Below are positions 1 through 10,526 of a DNA stretch of 64,000 nucleotides, piece by piece; the first letter of the stretch is position 1; every line of letters begins with the position of its first letter. The DNA is from Promethearchaeota archaeon (GTDB taxonomy: Archaea > Asgardarchaeota > Lokiarchaeia > Sigyniarchaeales > SOKP01): the NCBI GenBank assembly GCA_048940445.1, contig JBHLON010000006.1:1-64000 (forward strand), written 5' to 3'. A model generated the notes under the pieces. The model had not been told where the DNA came from. It saw only the letters and a program-made list of their open reading frames with translations, and ran no database searches. A program made the translations under genes and the position numbers.

Positions 1-81
1 GCTTAATTAAATTTAAATTATTTAATTATCTAATAATCGAAACAATTTTATTTAGAAGAATCAATCATTTAATTGTCTTAA

Positions 82-1989
82 ATGGAGACACAAAAAGCAC
101 CCTCTCGCCAGATACCGGGAATTATTTCCTATATGGATTTTTTTAGCACTAAACGATTAGCTATTTCTCTTTTTTTTGTCATACCTATTTTAATAGGGAT
201 TATTTCATTTTTTTTAAATTCAATTTTTACAGGAATTTGGAATTTTTATTACTTTTTTTTCGTGATTTTTATTTTTTTGAGTATTTCTGGATTGGGAGTT
301 TTACTTACCATTTTTTATTATGCTAAAAGATCTCCAATATTAAGGATGCCTCCTAATGGTTGGGCTCTACAAATGAACGCTTTCTTAGGGGGTATCATTG
401 GAATATCTTTTCTAATTGGGGCTATTTTAGCTCTTTTTCTTAATAATGTTACTTTTGTAGAGATGTTTTTTATACTTGGAGCAGTGATTTCCTATATTAT
501 AGGATATGTAATTTATTATTCTTTTACTACTATAGGAAAATATGGGAATTTTGTATTAGCATTAGTACAACCAATAAGTGCAATTATCCTATATAGCATT
601 TTAGCAGCCCAAGTATCTTGGACTTTCTTTTTAAGAGCAATTATTTTCTTTATCTCATGTGCTGTGGTCTTTGTTATACCTTATGCTAGAGAGATGTCCA
701 CCGTGAGTAATATATATAAGAAAGTTGCAGGAATAGGGGGATACCCGTTTATTAGGGCTTTTGTACTATCAATGATGACAAAAAATAACGATGAATTAAT
801 TGAAAGCTATTTTGAAAGAATTGGTATTGAATCAAAAGTAAAAATTCAATATTTAGCAATTCGATCAATGAGATCTAAGAAAATGAAAGGGTTATTCATC
901 ATCCCAGATTTACATTTTGGACCTTTCAAAACATGCGGATCCTCAGATTTACCTTCTCGAATTTATGAGGCTTTTAACAATATTCCAGGGATAACTGTTT
1001 ATCACACTACTAATGATCATAGTCGAAATTTGACAACTCATGAGGAACTTGAAAAGTTATTGACAAAGATAAAGTCTGATTTAGTAGAAATTGAAACTGG
1101 TGAAAATGTCAATTGGGTAAAGGGAATTAAGAATTTAACACGAAAGATGCAAAATTCCGCTAAATTAATAGGAACCCAAGTTGGAGATATTCCTGTTATG
1201 TTTCTTACTAGACATCCTTTACCATCAGACGATATTCAAGCCGAAATTGGACAAAGTATAAAAGAAATTGGTTTATCTCTTGGTTTTCAAGAAGTTATAA
1301 TAATAGATTCTCACAATTCAATCCTTGGTGATGAAATACTTATTAAAAAAGATTCTATTGAAGGAAGAGATTTAATAAACGTAAGTAAAAACTTTTTAAC
1401 TTCAATTAAGAAGGCTCAAGATTCTGAATTGAGTCCAATCAAATATGGAGTTGCTAAGGACACTCTAAAAGGATTTTCTGAACGTGATGGAATTGGTTCT
1501 GGTGGTTTAGTAGTGCATCTCTTTAAAAATACAAATACAGATCAAAAAACAATTTTAGTTCATTTCGATGCAAATAACGCTTATGCAGATATTAGATCAT
1601 TCATTTTAAATATGTTACAAAATCGTGGTATAGAATATGGGGAAGTTACTACATCAGATTCTCACACGGTTGCTAGACAATTTACTAGTAGAGGATATTC
1701 TCCTATTGGAGAAAAAATAAAGCTTGATTATATTTTACAAAAATTAGAAGAATTAATCCCAAAGGCAGAGAAGAATTTAAGTGACGTTGAATTTAGTTAT
1801 TACACTTCTGAAATTGATAATGTAAAGATATGGGGAGATCCCAAATACTTTGATACCATAATGAATACTTTACAAGAATGTATTAAGGTGTCTCAGAAAT
1901 TATTGACATATAGTTTAATATTACCTACATTTTTCTCATTGTTATTACTGTTATTTTATTATAATATCACTTTTAGAAATATATTTTAA
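82..1989 (+). CDS. DUF2070 family membrane protein (predicted membrane-associated hydrolase, neutral ceramidase-like)
   Basis: About 6 N-terminal TM helices, then HFGPF, DSHN, DANN and TSDSH motifs typical of archaeal DUF2070; C-terminal TM helix. Confidence 0.8.
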   Translation: METQKAPSRQIPGIISYMDFFSTKRLAISLFFVIPILIGIISFFLNSIFTGIWNFYYFFFVIFIFLSISGLGVLLTIFYYAKRSPILRMPPNGWALQMNAFLGGIIGISFLIGAILALFLNNVTFVEMFFILGAVISYIIGYVIYYSFTTIGKYGNFVLALVQPISAIILYSILAAQVSWTFFLRAIIFFISCAVVFVIPYAREMSTVSNIYKKVAGIGGYPFIRAFVLSMMTKNNDELIESYFERIGIESKVKIQYLAIRSMRSKKMKGLFIIPDLHFGPFKTCGSSDLPSRIYEAFNNIPGITVYHTTNDHSRNLTTHEELEKLLTKIKSDLVEIETGENVNWVKGIKNLTRKMQNSAKLIGTQVGDIPVMFLTRHPLPSDDIQAEIGQSIKEIGLSLGFQEVIIIDSHNSILGDEILIKKDSIEGRDLINVSKNFLTSIKKAQDSELSPIKYGVAKDTLKGFSERDGIGSGGLVVHLFKNTNTDQKTILVHFDANNAYADIRSFILNMLQNRGIEYGEVTTSDSHTVARQFTSRGYSPIGEKIKLDYILQKLEELIPKAEKNLSDVEFSYYTSEIDNVKIWGDPKYFDTIMNTLQECIKVSQKLLTYSLILPTFFSLLLLLFYYNITFRNIF

Positions 1990-2104
1990 TATCTCTTCTT
2001 CTCCTCAATGAAATTCTTTATTCGTAATACCTACATATTATCCAGATTGATATAAAATGTGGGTTCTTTTTTGTGTAAATAAATTCTTTTTTATGAATTA
2101 ACGG

Positions 2105-2641
2105 ATGCTAAGTTCAGAATTACATAATTTATTTAAAGTCTCTTTAATAGGTTTACCAGCCGTAGGAAAAACAACAATCTTAAAATTACTATCTAAAAAT
2201 ACAATTGATAGACTATATCTACCAACTCATGGATTTGACTTAAAAACAGTTAAATGTGATGATTACGTTGTACGAATCTGGGACTTTGGTGGTCAAGATT
2301 CGTATTTAAAAACTTATAGTCGAGATCATTTGTTAGGATCCGATGTACTTTTTGTAGTAACTGATTCCTCTCCAAGAAATGTTCTAAGATCTCGTGAATT
2401 AATTAATTATGCTACACATTTTATAGAAAAAGATTGTCCTATAATTGTGCTTGCTAATAAACAGGATTTGGTTAAAAATGACGGAAGAATGAAACCTACA
2501 AGAGTAGAAGATGTACTCCATGTAAAAACCTATGGTCTTACAGCAATTAATCCAAATAATCGAATTAAACTTATAAATATCATAAAAAAGGAATTAGAAA
2601 AAATTTCAGTTAAAAGGAGGATGAAAGAAATTGCACTTTAA
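2105..2641 (+). CDS. Small Arf/Ras-superfamily GTPase
   Basis: G1 GLPAVGKTT, G2 PT, G3 WDFGGQ, G4 NKQD. Confidence 0.9.
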   Translation: MLSSELHNLFKVSLIGLPAVGKTTILKLLSKNTIDRLYLPTHGFDLKTVKCDDYVVRIWDFGGQDSYLKTYSRDHLLGSDVLFVVTDSSPRNVLRSRELINYATHFIEKDCPIIVLANKQDLVKNDGRMKPTRVEDVLHVKTYGLTAINPNNRIKLINIIKKELEKISVKRRMKEIAL

Positions 2642-3188
2642 TGAAAACGAATTATTTGGAGCAGCTCTTATTGGATTTGACATGATTGATGGTCCATGCC
2701 TTCGGTGGACAAAATTCTATAATTCAAACAATGATTTCATGAAATTGGATGATTTTGCTATGAATTTTTATCTTGCTTTTAGAGGAGGTAATGCAGGAAA
2801 AAAACCTCGGGCGATCTTATATGATAACTTCTATATCGTAGCGTTTCCAAGAGATTTAGAATTATGTTGTTTATTTATGAAACCTCAGGGTATTGAGAAT
2901 AACTTAAAACATCTAAATAGGATTGCTCAGAGAATAATTGGTGAAATGGAAGTCGAAGAAGATGATTCCAAAGAAGATTCAGAAAACTCAGATGAAGATA
3001 CTATCGAAGAAGTTAAAAGATTGATTTTAAACCTACTAAATGGAAATGAAATGTCAACACCAGAACTCAGAAGGTATTTTAAATTAAGTAATTCCCAAAT
3101 TTGGAAACTTATGTCAGATTTAGAAAATAGTAGTAAAGTCAAGCGTGTTGATAGGAAAGGAAGAGCGGTCTATTGGACAACTGCATAA
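2631..3188 (+). CDS. Longin/uDENN-like domain fused to C-terminal winged HTH
   Basis: TTG start overlapping GTPase stop; N-terminal GFDMIDGP (FDxxxGP, uDENN-like), acidic linker, C-terminal wHTH (MSTPELRRYFKLSNSQIWKLMSDLE...GRAVYW). Confidence 0.55.
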   Translation: MHFNENELFGAALIGFDMIDGPCLRWTKFYNSNNDFMKLDDFAMNFYLAFRGGNAGKKPRAILYDNFYIVAFPRDLELCCLFMKPQGIENNLKHLNRIAQRIIGEMEVEEDDSKEDSENSDEDTIEEVKRLILNLLNGNEMSTPELRRYFKLSNSQIWKLMSDLENSSKVKRVDRKGRAVYWTTA

Positions 3189-3236
3189 TTTTTATTAATT
3201 TTTTTATAATTCAAAACAAAATTTTCAAATGTAGAC

Positions 3237-4052
3237 TCATCTAGTCCTATGAATCCAATCTTTAATTTTAGTATAATAGCGAGAAAACATCATAAAGCAA
3301 ATATCTGGTAATTCCTCATCCTTATTTTGAATTGTTATATATCTCAAAATATGATTTATCGTAAAAATTCCAATTAATTCAACATGATAACTATCAATAT
3401 TTTTTGATAAATTTCTTCCACTAAAAGAAATATCTAATCCATTCTGCTTATCAAATGTTATTTCAATGAAGATTTCAGGAAAAGCTTCTCTTTTGATTTT
3501 CCATCCATTTGTAGTTTGCCAGACTCTAGCACCAATAAATTTTTCTAGTGATTCTCGATCATTTTCATCTAATAATGAAAAAGGTTCTGCTCTCTGAGAG
3601 AGGACTTTCTGAATTAAATCCGTTTTTTCATCATATTTCTTTTCAAAAGGTTTTTCTTCCTTGATTCGTCTTTCTAAAAAGTCAATAATAATATCGATGA
3701 ATGTTGCAGTATCTTCGCCAGGAATCATCATAACGTGTTTACCTGAAAATAAAAATTTAAACTCAGCTTCAATTTCACCCCCAAACTCATTGCCAAAATA
3801 GTTAAAAATCAAATGAATATTAACTTGAGGAAACATCTCAATGGTTATGGTCCAATCCTCTTCTAACCCTAAATTCTCAATTTTTGCACCGAGATCTTTT
3901 TTGACAATATTTAAGAGCTTTTGGCGGTCAAGATTAATGAAATGATGATTTTTTGCTATACTAATATTTCTTAGTTCTACTTCGTGAGGACCTCTCACTC
4001 CAGTAGCATCGATTTCACCAATAGTCCAAAATTTTTTCTTTGTATCTTCCAA
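3237..4052 (-). CDS. DUF3786-like protein with two tandem copies of the domain
   Basis: WTITIEMFPQVNIHL...FLFSG repeated as WKIKREAFPEIFIEI...ISFSG; PGED motif. Confidence 0.5.
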   Translation of the reverse strand: MEDTKKKFWTIGEIDATGVRGPHEVELRNISIAKNHHFINLDRQKLLNIVKKDLGAKIENLGLEEDWTITIEMFPQVNIHLIFNYFGNEFGGEIEAEFKFLFSGKHVMMIPGEDTATFIDIIIDFLERRIKEEKPFEKKYDEKTDLIQKVLSQRAEPFSLLDENDRESLEKFIGARVWQTTNGWKIKREAFPEIFIEITFDKQNGLDISFSGRNLSKNIDSYHVELIGIFTINHILRYITIQNKDEELPDICFMMFSRYYTKIKDWIHRTR

Positions 4053-4093
4053 ATTAAAACCCCACTTGAAAATTTTTATGGTATTTTATGTTA

Positions 4094-5404
4094 TTATTCT
4101 TTCTTTTTGAATCTACCCACAAAAAATCCTTGAGTTTTATGAATTGCCGGAAACAATCTCCCGGTCCCTTTTAATATTTGATTATTTATTTTATAACTTG
4201 GAGAAAACCATTTTGGGATAGGTAACGGTTCTAATAACTCTTTAAACTTCATTATCTGTAATTCTCCTTCTTCAGGATATAAACTACAAGTAGAATAAAC
4301 TAAAACACCATTATTCTTTAAATAAGTTAATGCTGTCTTTATAAGCTTTTCTTGAATTAAAAGATTTTGCTTCAAAAAACTTTGATTTTGACGCCATTTA
4401 AGTTCAGGATTTAATAGAAAGGTTCCACTTCCAGTACAAGGTGGATCAATCAAAACTTTATCAAATTTAATAATTTTTTTAATCGGTAAATGGATTGCAT
4501 CTGAATTTAACAAAAAAGAATTAGAAACCCTTAGAAAGTTTAGAAATTTTCCCATAAATTCTAATCTAACTTGGGCAAAATCGTTACAAATGATGTTTGC
4601 TTGATTATTGGTTAATTGAGCAATTAGGCTAGATTTTATGCCTGGAGCCGCGCACATATCCAAAATTACTTCGTCTGGCATTGGAGAAAGAAGTTCTACT
4701 ACAGCTGAAGTTGCTTTATCTTGAAATATAATTTCAGCATTTCTATAACATCTACTACGAAGAATTTTACGTTTATTTTTATATGATGTGTGAAAAATGT
4801 TAGATATATCTTTATCTTTCCAAATTTTAATATCAATCTTTTTTAAATCTTCTTTTATTGAAGACATCAATGATTGTAATGAATTAGTTTCAGTAGTTAG
4901 GGTATTAATTCTAAAAGTTATAGAGTCCTGATCGGTAAATTGGTTCATATATCTTATATTTTTTTTTATAGTATCAAAATTCATTATTGGTGTTAAATGC
5001 TCAATAAAAAAATTGGGTATCGCTTCCAAAATACTTAATCGTTCGAATTTGGTCTTTGTATTTAAAGCAGATTTCCAAGAGAAAGTTTTCAATCTATTTA
5101 AAAAGTGAACAAAATCGTCTTGTAGGTTTAATTCACTAACAATTGATTGGATAGAAGCCTTTTCAAAAATTAGGCGATAAATGGAGTATAGTATAATTTC
5201 CATTCTGTAAGACTTAAATGATTCTGGAAGTGAACGGAATGTTTTTTTGGCAATAAAATTTAATTTACTCCAATATCGAACAATTTCGTTGAAATAATGA
5301 ATAATTTGGGGATTTATTCTTTCTTCTACATTGATAATATTTGATTTTCCTGAAAGGAATTCAGAAATTAAGTTTAAAATTGTTCTAATTGTAGATTTTT
5401 CTAT
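4094..5404 (-). CDS. RsmB/NOP2/Sun-family RNA m5C methyltransferase; start extended upstream of ORF-track ATG (5203)
   Basis: DMCAAPGIKS, DPPCTGSG, YSTCSL motifs; frame open 69 codons upstream of 5203; ATA at 5404 lies 8 nt after GAGGT. Family certain, start inferred. Confidence 0.85.
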   Translation of the reverse strand: MEKSTIRTILNLISEFLSGKSNIINVEERINPQIIHYFNEIVRYWSKLNFIAKKTFRSLPESFKSYRMEIILYSIYRLIFEKASIQSIVSELNLQDDFVHFLNRLKTFSWKSALNTKTKFERLSILEAIPNFFIEHLTPIMNFDTIKKNIRYMNQFTDQDSITFRINTLTTETNSLQSLMSSIKEDLKKIDIKIWKDKDISNIFHTSYKNKRKILRSRCYRNAEIIFQDKATSAVVELLSPMPDEVILDMCAAPGIKSSLIAQLTNNQANIICNDFAQVRLEFMGKFLNFLRVSNSFLLNSDAIHLPIKKIIKFDKVLIDPPCTGSGTFLLNPELKWRQNQSFLKQNLLIQEKLIKTALTYLKNNGVLVYSTCSLYPEEGELQIMKFKELLEPLPIPKWFSPSYKINNQILKGTGRLFPAIHKTQGFFVGRFKKKE

Positions 5405-5486
5405 AACAATTTACCTCTAAACAAATAATCTCTTTATTGAAATATTACCTATAATAAAAAGATGCAAAAATTTAAAAAAAAATTAG

Positions 5487-8400
5487 TTATTTTATAACAA
5501 CAGGCTCAAGGATTCCTTTATTTATTAGGGCCAAAATCGCGCTTATTATTTGATCCCGAGATTCTTTACGCCCAGCTAAGCCAAAACTTAATAGACTTGA
5601 TATAAAGAAGAATTTCTTTTCTTTTAGAATTTGCTCTGCTATTTCAACTAAAGCCTTCTCTAATGTATTCAACTTAAATCTTTCTTGCAAGCTGGTTATT
5701 TGGAGAGGATACATCAATGAAATATTGAAAAATTTCTCTATTAAAGAATCAGTGTCCTTAAAGGGTGAGAGATCCCCATCAAATCTTTCTAAAAGAGATT
5801 TATATTTAGTTTCAAATGCATTTGTAAACTCAATTTGATTTTCTTTTAATCGATCTGATGGAGGTCCTTCTAAGATTAAAGCTACTCTTATATAATCACC
5901 ATCAGTTATGACTATTTTAAAATCGTAGTAATCCATCTCAAATCCTTTACTTGTAACGGTAGGTGTCTTGCTAATTTCTTTTCGAAATTCAGAAATTGCT
6001 TGGAGAAAGCCTGAAATTAAATCCGAGTCGATCATATCCAAAGCGATTTGCCTATTGAATATAGAGACTCCGATGTCTTTATGGATAATCATAATATATG
6101 AAATATTAATCAAATCATCTAACACTTTAGCCTCATTGGCCCAGATCCTTCTTAGCTTTCTATGTCTCCGAGATCTAATCACCACAAAAATTAATAATGC
6201 GGCTATGACGACTAATATATACGGTAAGAATTGAAAAAAGGAATCCATAAAAATTATAAAATCATCGACAATTCTAAAATTACTTGAAGTAATTTCATAA
6301 CTTGTATATATTCCATCTCCCTCAAATCGAACTCTAATTGAATATGAATTACCTGTTTCCAAAAATTGTAAACTTGATGATGTAATTCCTTGATTATTTG
6401 AAATCGCACTGGCCTCTGATTTAACTACTGAATTTGTATCCAGAAGCTCAAAAATTACATTTAATCTTTCAATTGGTCGACCCGTAAAGGTAGTTATTCT
6501 AACTGAAAATAGGTGATTACCAGTCATATATTGATTAATGGGTGAATCCAAGAATTGGAGTGCAACTTGGACCTTATATACTTCATATGTTCCATTTACA
6601 TCAAACCGAATAATGTTCCATAATGAACTTACATTAAATTCAAAAAGTCCTAGAAAAGGTTGTCCTCTATCAATATCACCCTCCCAGTATCCTCTACCGA
6701 CTCCGAGATCTACTATATTAATCCCAAAATTTTGTAATTTGATATCTGATGGTTTGATTTCGTTGTTTCTTAACCCTAATCCAACTTTAGAAGCTATATC
6801 TGAAGAAATTATATTTTGAATATATAAGTTCAGTGTAAATTCATCAATAGACACATTGAATTTCTCAAATCCAGTTCCACCTAAATATCTTAAACGCATT
6901 CTGATAGAATTTTCATCACTAGAATTAATCAATTGTAAAGCTATCCATGTATAAAGAGAATTGAGAGAACTTTGCTGAGTAGTTTCGTATTTATTTGCTA
7001 ATGTTTTATTATTTTCTGATATCATTAACCATTCTTGTTGATTTGCTTCAGGAGATAAGAAGGTATAATTTCGATTCCCTTTATATATTTCAATTACAGC
7101 AAGTTCTAGATCATTTTGAGTATTTATACTTACATTTGAGCTAATCCTAAAATCTATCTGTGGTAAATAAGGATATGGATAAACTGGTGGAGTAAAAATA
7201 TCTTCCCAATCAAGCATGTCAATATCCCAAAATGATGTTTCAATATTTGGCAAGATATTAAACTTAAATTCTAATGAGAGATTATTAGTGCTAGCTTGAG
7301 CGTTAAAAAATTTGTCATCATTCAATTTCAATAGATCTAAGTTATTATCACTGGTTATAGAACCATTTAGAACATTTAGATTGATTTCTGAAGGAGAAAC
7401 TAATTCCTGAATTAGGGGATCATAAGGTAAAATCGTGTTGTTTATTTGCACTCTTTCTCCGAAATTTATGGTTAATAAATTATAAGATATCTCAAAATTT
7501 CCTGTTCCAGAATATTGAAACCTTAATTCCATTGAATTATTATTAGAATAATCTATGAAATATTGAAGAATACTTAGTTTTTCAAGAGCGTCACTCACCT
7601 TATAACTTATGAGAGTCTCGGTTTCCTGCTTAATATCAATTTTATCGGAAAAATCAACCCATTCTCCGCTACTATAATTTTTCATTAAAATTGATGCCGT
7701 ATTAATATTTATAGAACTACTTACATTTGTAACCAAATAAAAATCTATGCTATTCAAAAATACATAGTGATACAATTGCCATAAAACAGGGATCGCTGCA
7801 AAGATATCTACAACTGTTTGGTTTAAAATGCCTGATGCTAAATTTTGGATATGAAATTTCGTATCTAATGTGAAATTATTTGAAAATGGAGTACAAGAAA
7901 ACCTATTTTCATCATATTCTCTAAAAGATAACAAATCTCCTCTGGTATTTGTGCCATTTATGATATCAGTTATTTCATCAACAGCATTAATAGTAAAGTT
8001 TTCAATAAAGACAGAATTATAAAATAGAAAAGTATCACCAGAATCACTATTTTCTTGATCGGGATTGAAATACAAGAATTTTGGACCTCCACCAAAGTTT
8101 GTATCATCAGAAGGAATTTTTATTCTAAAGGCAAACCAATATTTATTAATCCCATTTTCCATCGAATTATATGTTTTAGAAATATTCAAAAAAATTGGGC
8201 CAACTTCAGAATTTAAAAAGTCGAAAACTTCCCAATGTGCAGCAATATTAAGAGGATGTGGTTTAACTAATACTCCAAGTGTATCATTATTTGGAATGCC
8301 TTCAATTGTACAATTAACTATCGCAACTTCCCATGAATTTTCTTCCGAATAATTATAGGGATTTATAATATCTTGAATGAATATACTCACATTATTGACA

Positions 8401-8801
8401 TATTGACTAATTTCTACAAAGAATTTTTGATATATGTATAATGGTTCACTTTCAGAGCTATACACAACCTCAGTAGGATTTTGTTCAATGATTTTCGTAT
8501 AGTTAATTGCTCGAATATTTTCAAAAGACATTTTAGCATATGAAATGTTATAATCTGGAATATTTACTTTAGGTTGAATATTTAGACTAGGGTTTGTTCT
8601 GTATATATGACAATCTGAGGATGTTTGTTTTATATTGCTAAAAACTTTTCCAGTACGATTTACAGCCTGACTCTGTATTAAATAATAATCATTGTTTTGT
8701 TCATTTTGGCCTGAATTCAATATATCAGCTAATAAGCAATAACTTGGTAACACTACAAGAAAAATTAAGTAAATTGAAAGTATATTTTTCTTATACCTCA
8801 T
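5487..8801 (-). CDS. Large surface protein: signal peptide, beta-rich ectodomain with internal duplication, TM helix, cytoplasmic longin-like domain and probable wHTH
   Basis: Signal peptide; TM LPYILVVIAALLIFVVI followed by RSRRHRK; IHKDIGVSIF...DSDLISGFLQAISEF longin-like signature. Confidence 0.6.
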   Translation of the reverse strand: MRYKKNILSIYLIFLVVLPSYCLLADILNSGQNEQNNDYYLIQSQAVNRTGKVFSNIKQTSSDCHIYRTNPSLNIQPKVNIPDYNISYAKMSFENIRAINYTKIIEQNPTEVVYSSESEPLYIYQKFFVEISQYVNNVSIFIQDIINPYNYSEENSWEVAIVNCTIEGIPNNDTLGVLVKPHPLNIAAHWEVFDFLNSEVGPIFLNISKTYNSMENGINKYWFAFRIKIPSDDTNFGGGPKFLYFNPDQENSDSGDTFLFYNSVFIENFTINAVDEITDIINGTNTRGDLLSFREYDENRFSCTPFSNNFTLDTKFHIQNLASGILNQTVVDIFAAIPVLWQLYHYVFLNSIDFYLVTNVSSSININTASILMKNYSSGEWVDFSDKIDIKQETETLISYKVSDALEKLSILQYFIDYSNNNSMELRFQYSGTGNFEISYNLLTINFGERVQINNTILPYDPLIQELVSPSEINLNVLNGSITSDNNLDLLKLNDDKFFNAQASTNNLSLEFKFNILPNIETSFWDIDMLDWEDIFTPPVYPYPYLPQIDFRISSNVSINTQNDLELAVIEIYKGNRNYTFLSPEANQQEWLMISENNKTLANKYETTQQSSLNSLYTWIALQLINSSDENSIRMRLRYLGGTGFEKFNVSIDEFTLNLYIQNIISSDIASKVGLGLRNNEIKPSDIKLQNFGINIVDLGVGRGYWEGDIDRGQPFLGLFEFNVSSLWNIIRFDVNGTYEVYKVQVALQFLDSPINQYMTGNHLFSVRITTFTGRPIERLNVIFELLDTNSVVKSEASAISNNQGITSSSLQFLETGNSYSIRVRFEGDGIYTSYEITSSNFRIVDDFIIFMDSFFQFLPYILVVIAALLIFVVIRSRRHRKLRRIWANEAKVLDDLINISYIMIIHKDIGVSIFNRQIALDMIDSDLISGFLQAISEFRKEISKTPTVTSKGFEMDYYDFKIVITDGDYIRVALILEGPPSDRLKENQIEFTNAFETKYKSLLERFDGDLSPFKDTDSLIEKFFNISLMYPLQITSLQERFKLNTLEKALVEIAEQILKEKKFFFISSLLSFGLAGRKESRDQIISAILALINKGILEPVVIK

Positions 8802-9022
8802 GAGATTTCACTATTTATTTAATAAATTCAATTATTCTTTAATATCAAATGCAAATATGAGTTTTTAAAATTATATATTCTAATAAAATCGAAATCGATT
8901 CAAAATCGAAATGAGTCGGAAATTTTATTTCAGATCTAATTGATAATACCTTAAGAGAACATTTTAAAAAGCAGGAAAGATAGAAATTTAATATTGTTTC
9001 ATAAGTGTAATAAATTGTAAGA

Positions 9023-9577
9023 GTGAGTATGGAACAAAAAGAAGAAGAAAAGGAAAAAATTAGCATTAGTCAAGAAAAATTGAGTGTTAGTGTTGCCATA
9101 ACAGCCATAACAGCATCTTTATATATAGCATTGGGATATATTTTCCAACCAATAAGTTTTTATGGTTTACAATTTCGTGTTGCAGAATTAATGCTTGGGA
9201 TGGTTATGCTCTTTCCAAAAGCAGGATTGATTGGAAAAATTATTGGAGTATTTTTTGTAAATTTATCAAGTCCTATGGTTCCACTTGACTTACTCAGTTG
9301 TTTAGTTAATATTCCGGCATTAACATGTATTATACTCACAAGAGATTGGAAATTCTTCAAATATATTGGTGCGACTGTTTATGCTTTTGTTATTGCTGTT
9401 TATGTAGCATGGTTAGTAAATCTTTATTTTAGTGCTCCATTTATTCTAAATTTAATTTATGTTTTTATATCTGAAGAAGTATTGGCATGTTTAAGTGTCT
9501 TTCTTTTCACAATTATAGGAAAAACATTTACACGTGAACAGAAGCTTAAAAGAAGACATGATGAGAAAGAAACATGA
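9023..9577 (+). CDS. QueT family transporter (queuosine precursor S-component-like)
   Basis: ASLYIAL...PISFYGLQFRVAE motif; about 5 TM helices. Confidence 0.75.
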   Translation: MSMEQKEEEKEKISISQEKLSVSVAITAITASLYIALGYIFQPISFYGLQFRVAELMLGMVMLFPKAGLIGKIIGVFFVNLSSPMVPLDLLSCLVNIPALTCIILTRDWKFFKYIGATVYAFVIAVYVAWLVNLYFSAPFILNLIYVFISEEVLACLSVFLFTIIGKTFTREQKLKRRHDEKET

Positions 9578-9683
9578 AATATTTGACTTACTGATCAATT
9601 GTTCATGCATAGATTCTTATTAAAGTTTAAAGAAGCTGAGTTTGTAACTAATTAAGTTTAAAAAAAAAGTAAGAAATTTGATT

Positions 9684-10526
9684 TTATTTTTTCTTTTTCA
9701 TTATAACATAGATTATTCCTATGGAGGTTATACCTGTAATCCCTAAAAATAGTGGAAGTTCAAAACCAGGAATGCCCGGGATTTCTAGTTCAATTGAGAA
9801 TTGATAAATTACATTGTTAGCGTCATCTAGGATCTTATAACCAATCCATGCTCCATAAGTTGTATCATAGGTCCATATTTCAGTACAATTTTCTAAATAA
9901 GTGAATCCATAATAAAATGCGGTATCACCTGCTTCTGCATGGTGAACAATAGTATTTCCTATATTCTCCCATTTAGGCTGCCAAGTTATAGCACCTAAAT
10001 ATTGCTCTACTGGTGTTGGCAGTTGAGCTAAATACGCACCAGCAGTATGTAACGACACATTCACATTGTAGTAGTATGGAAAACCGCCCCATAAAGTATG
10101 TATAAAATAAGATAAATTAGTTGGATCATAAAAACTAGTCACAATAACTCCTACAGAATCAGGTGTAGCATTGAATGGTCCAGTAGTAAAGACCCAATTA
10201 CTTGTGTTATATGTAGTTACATCATATACTCCATAAATTACAGTATCAAAGATAGCACTAGAATTAACAGCAGTTACTAAAGACTTTGATCTTGCACCTA
10301 CATTAAAAGCTTCTCCTTGAAAAATTCCAATAACACCAAGCCAAGTTGGATCACCAAATAAACTTGCCAAACTTGCATTATTTACGGTAGTGACTTTCAA
10401 GATTTTAACATTTCCTGCTGATCCATGAAACGTATATGTACCTACCTGAGGAACTACAGAGGGAACAAATGAGAGAGCTAAAGCAAGAGAAATTACAGCT
10501 AAAATTGACAATTTTGTTTTTTTCAT
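9684..10526 (-). CDS. Exported protein with C-terminal Loki-CTERM/PGF-CTERM-like anchor
   Basis: Signal peptide; C-terminal IPGFE + TM helix + KKKK. Confidence 0.7.
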   Translation of the reverse strand: MKKTKLSILAVISLALALSFVPSVVPQVGTYTFHGSAGNVKILKVTTVNNASLASLFGDPTWLGVIGIFQGEAFNVGARSKSLVTAVNSSAIFDTVIYGVYDVTTYNTSNWVFTTGPFNATPDSVGVIVTSFYDPTNLSYFIHTLWGGFPYYYNVNVSLHTAGAYLAQLPTPVEQYLGAITWQPKWENIGNTIVHHAEAGDTAFYYGFTYLENCTEIWTYDTTYGAWIGYKILDDANNVIYQFSIELEIPGIPGFELPLFLGITGITSIGIIYVIMKKKK

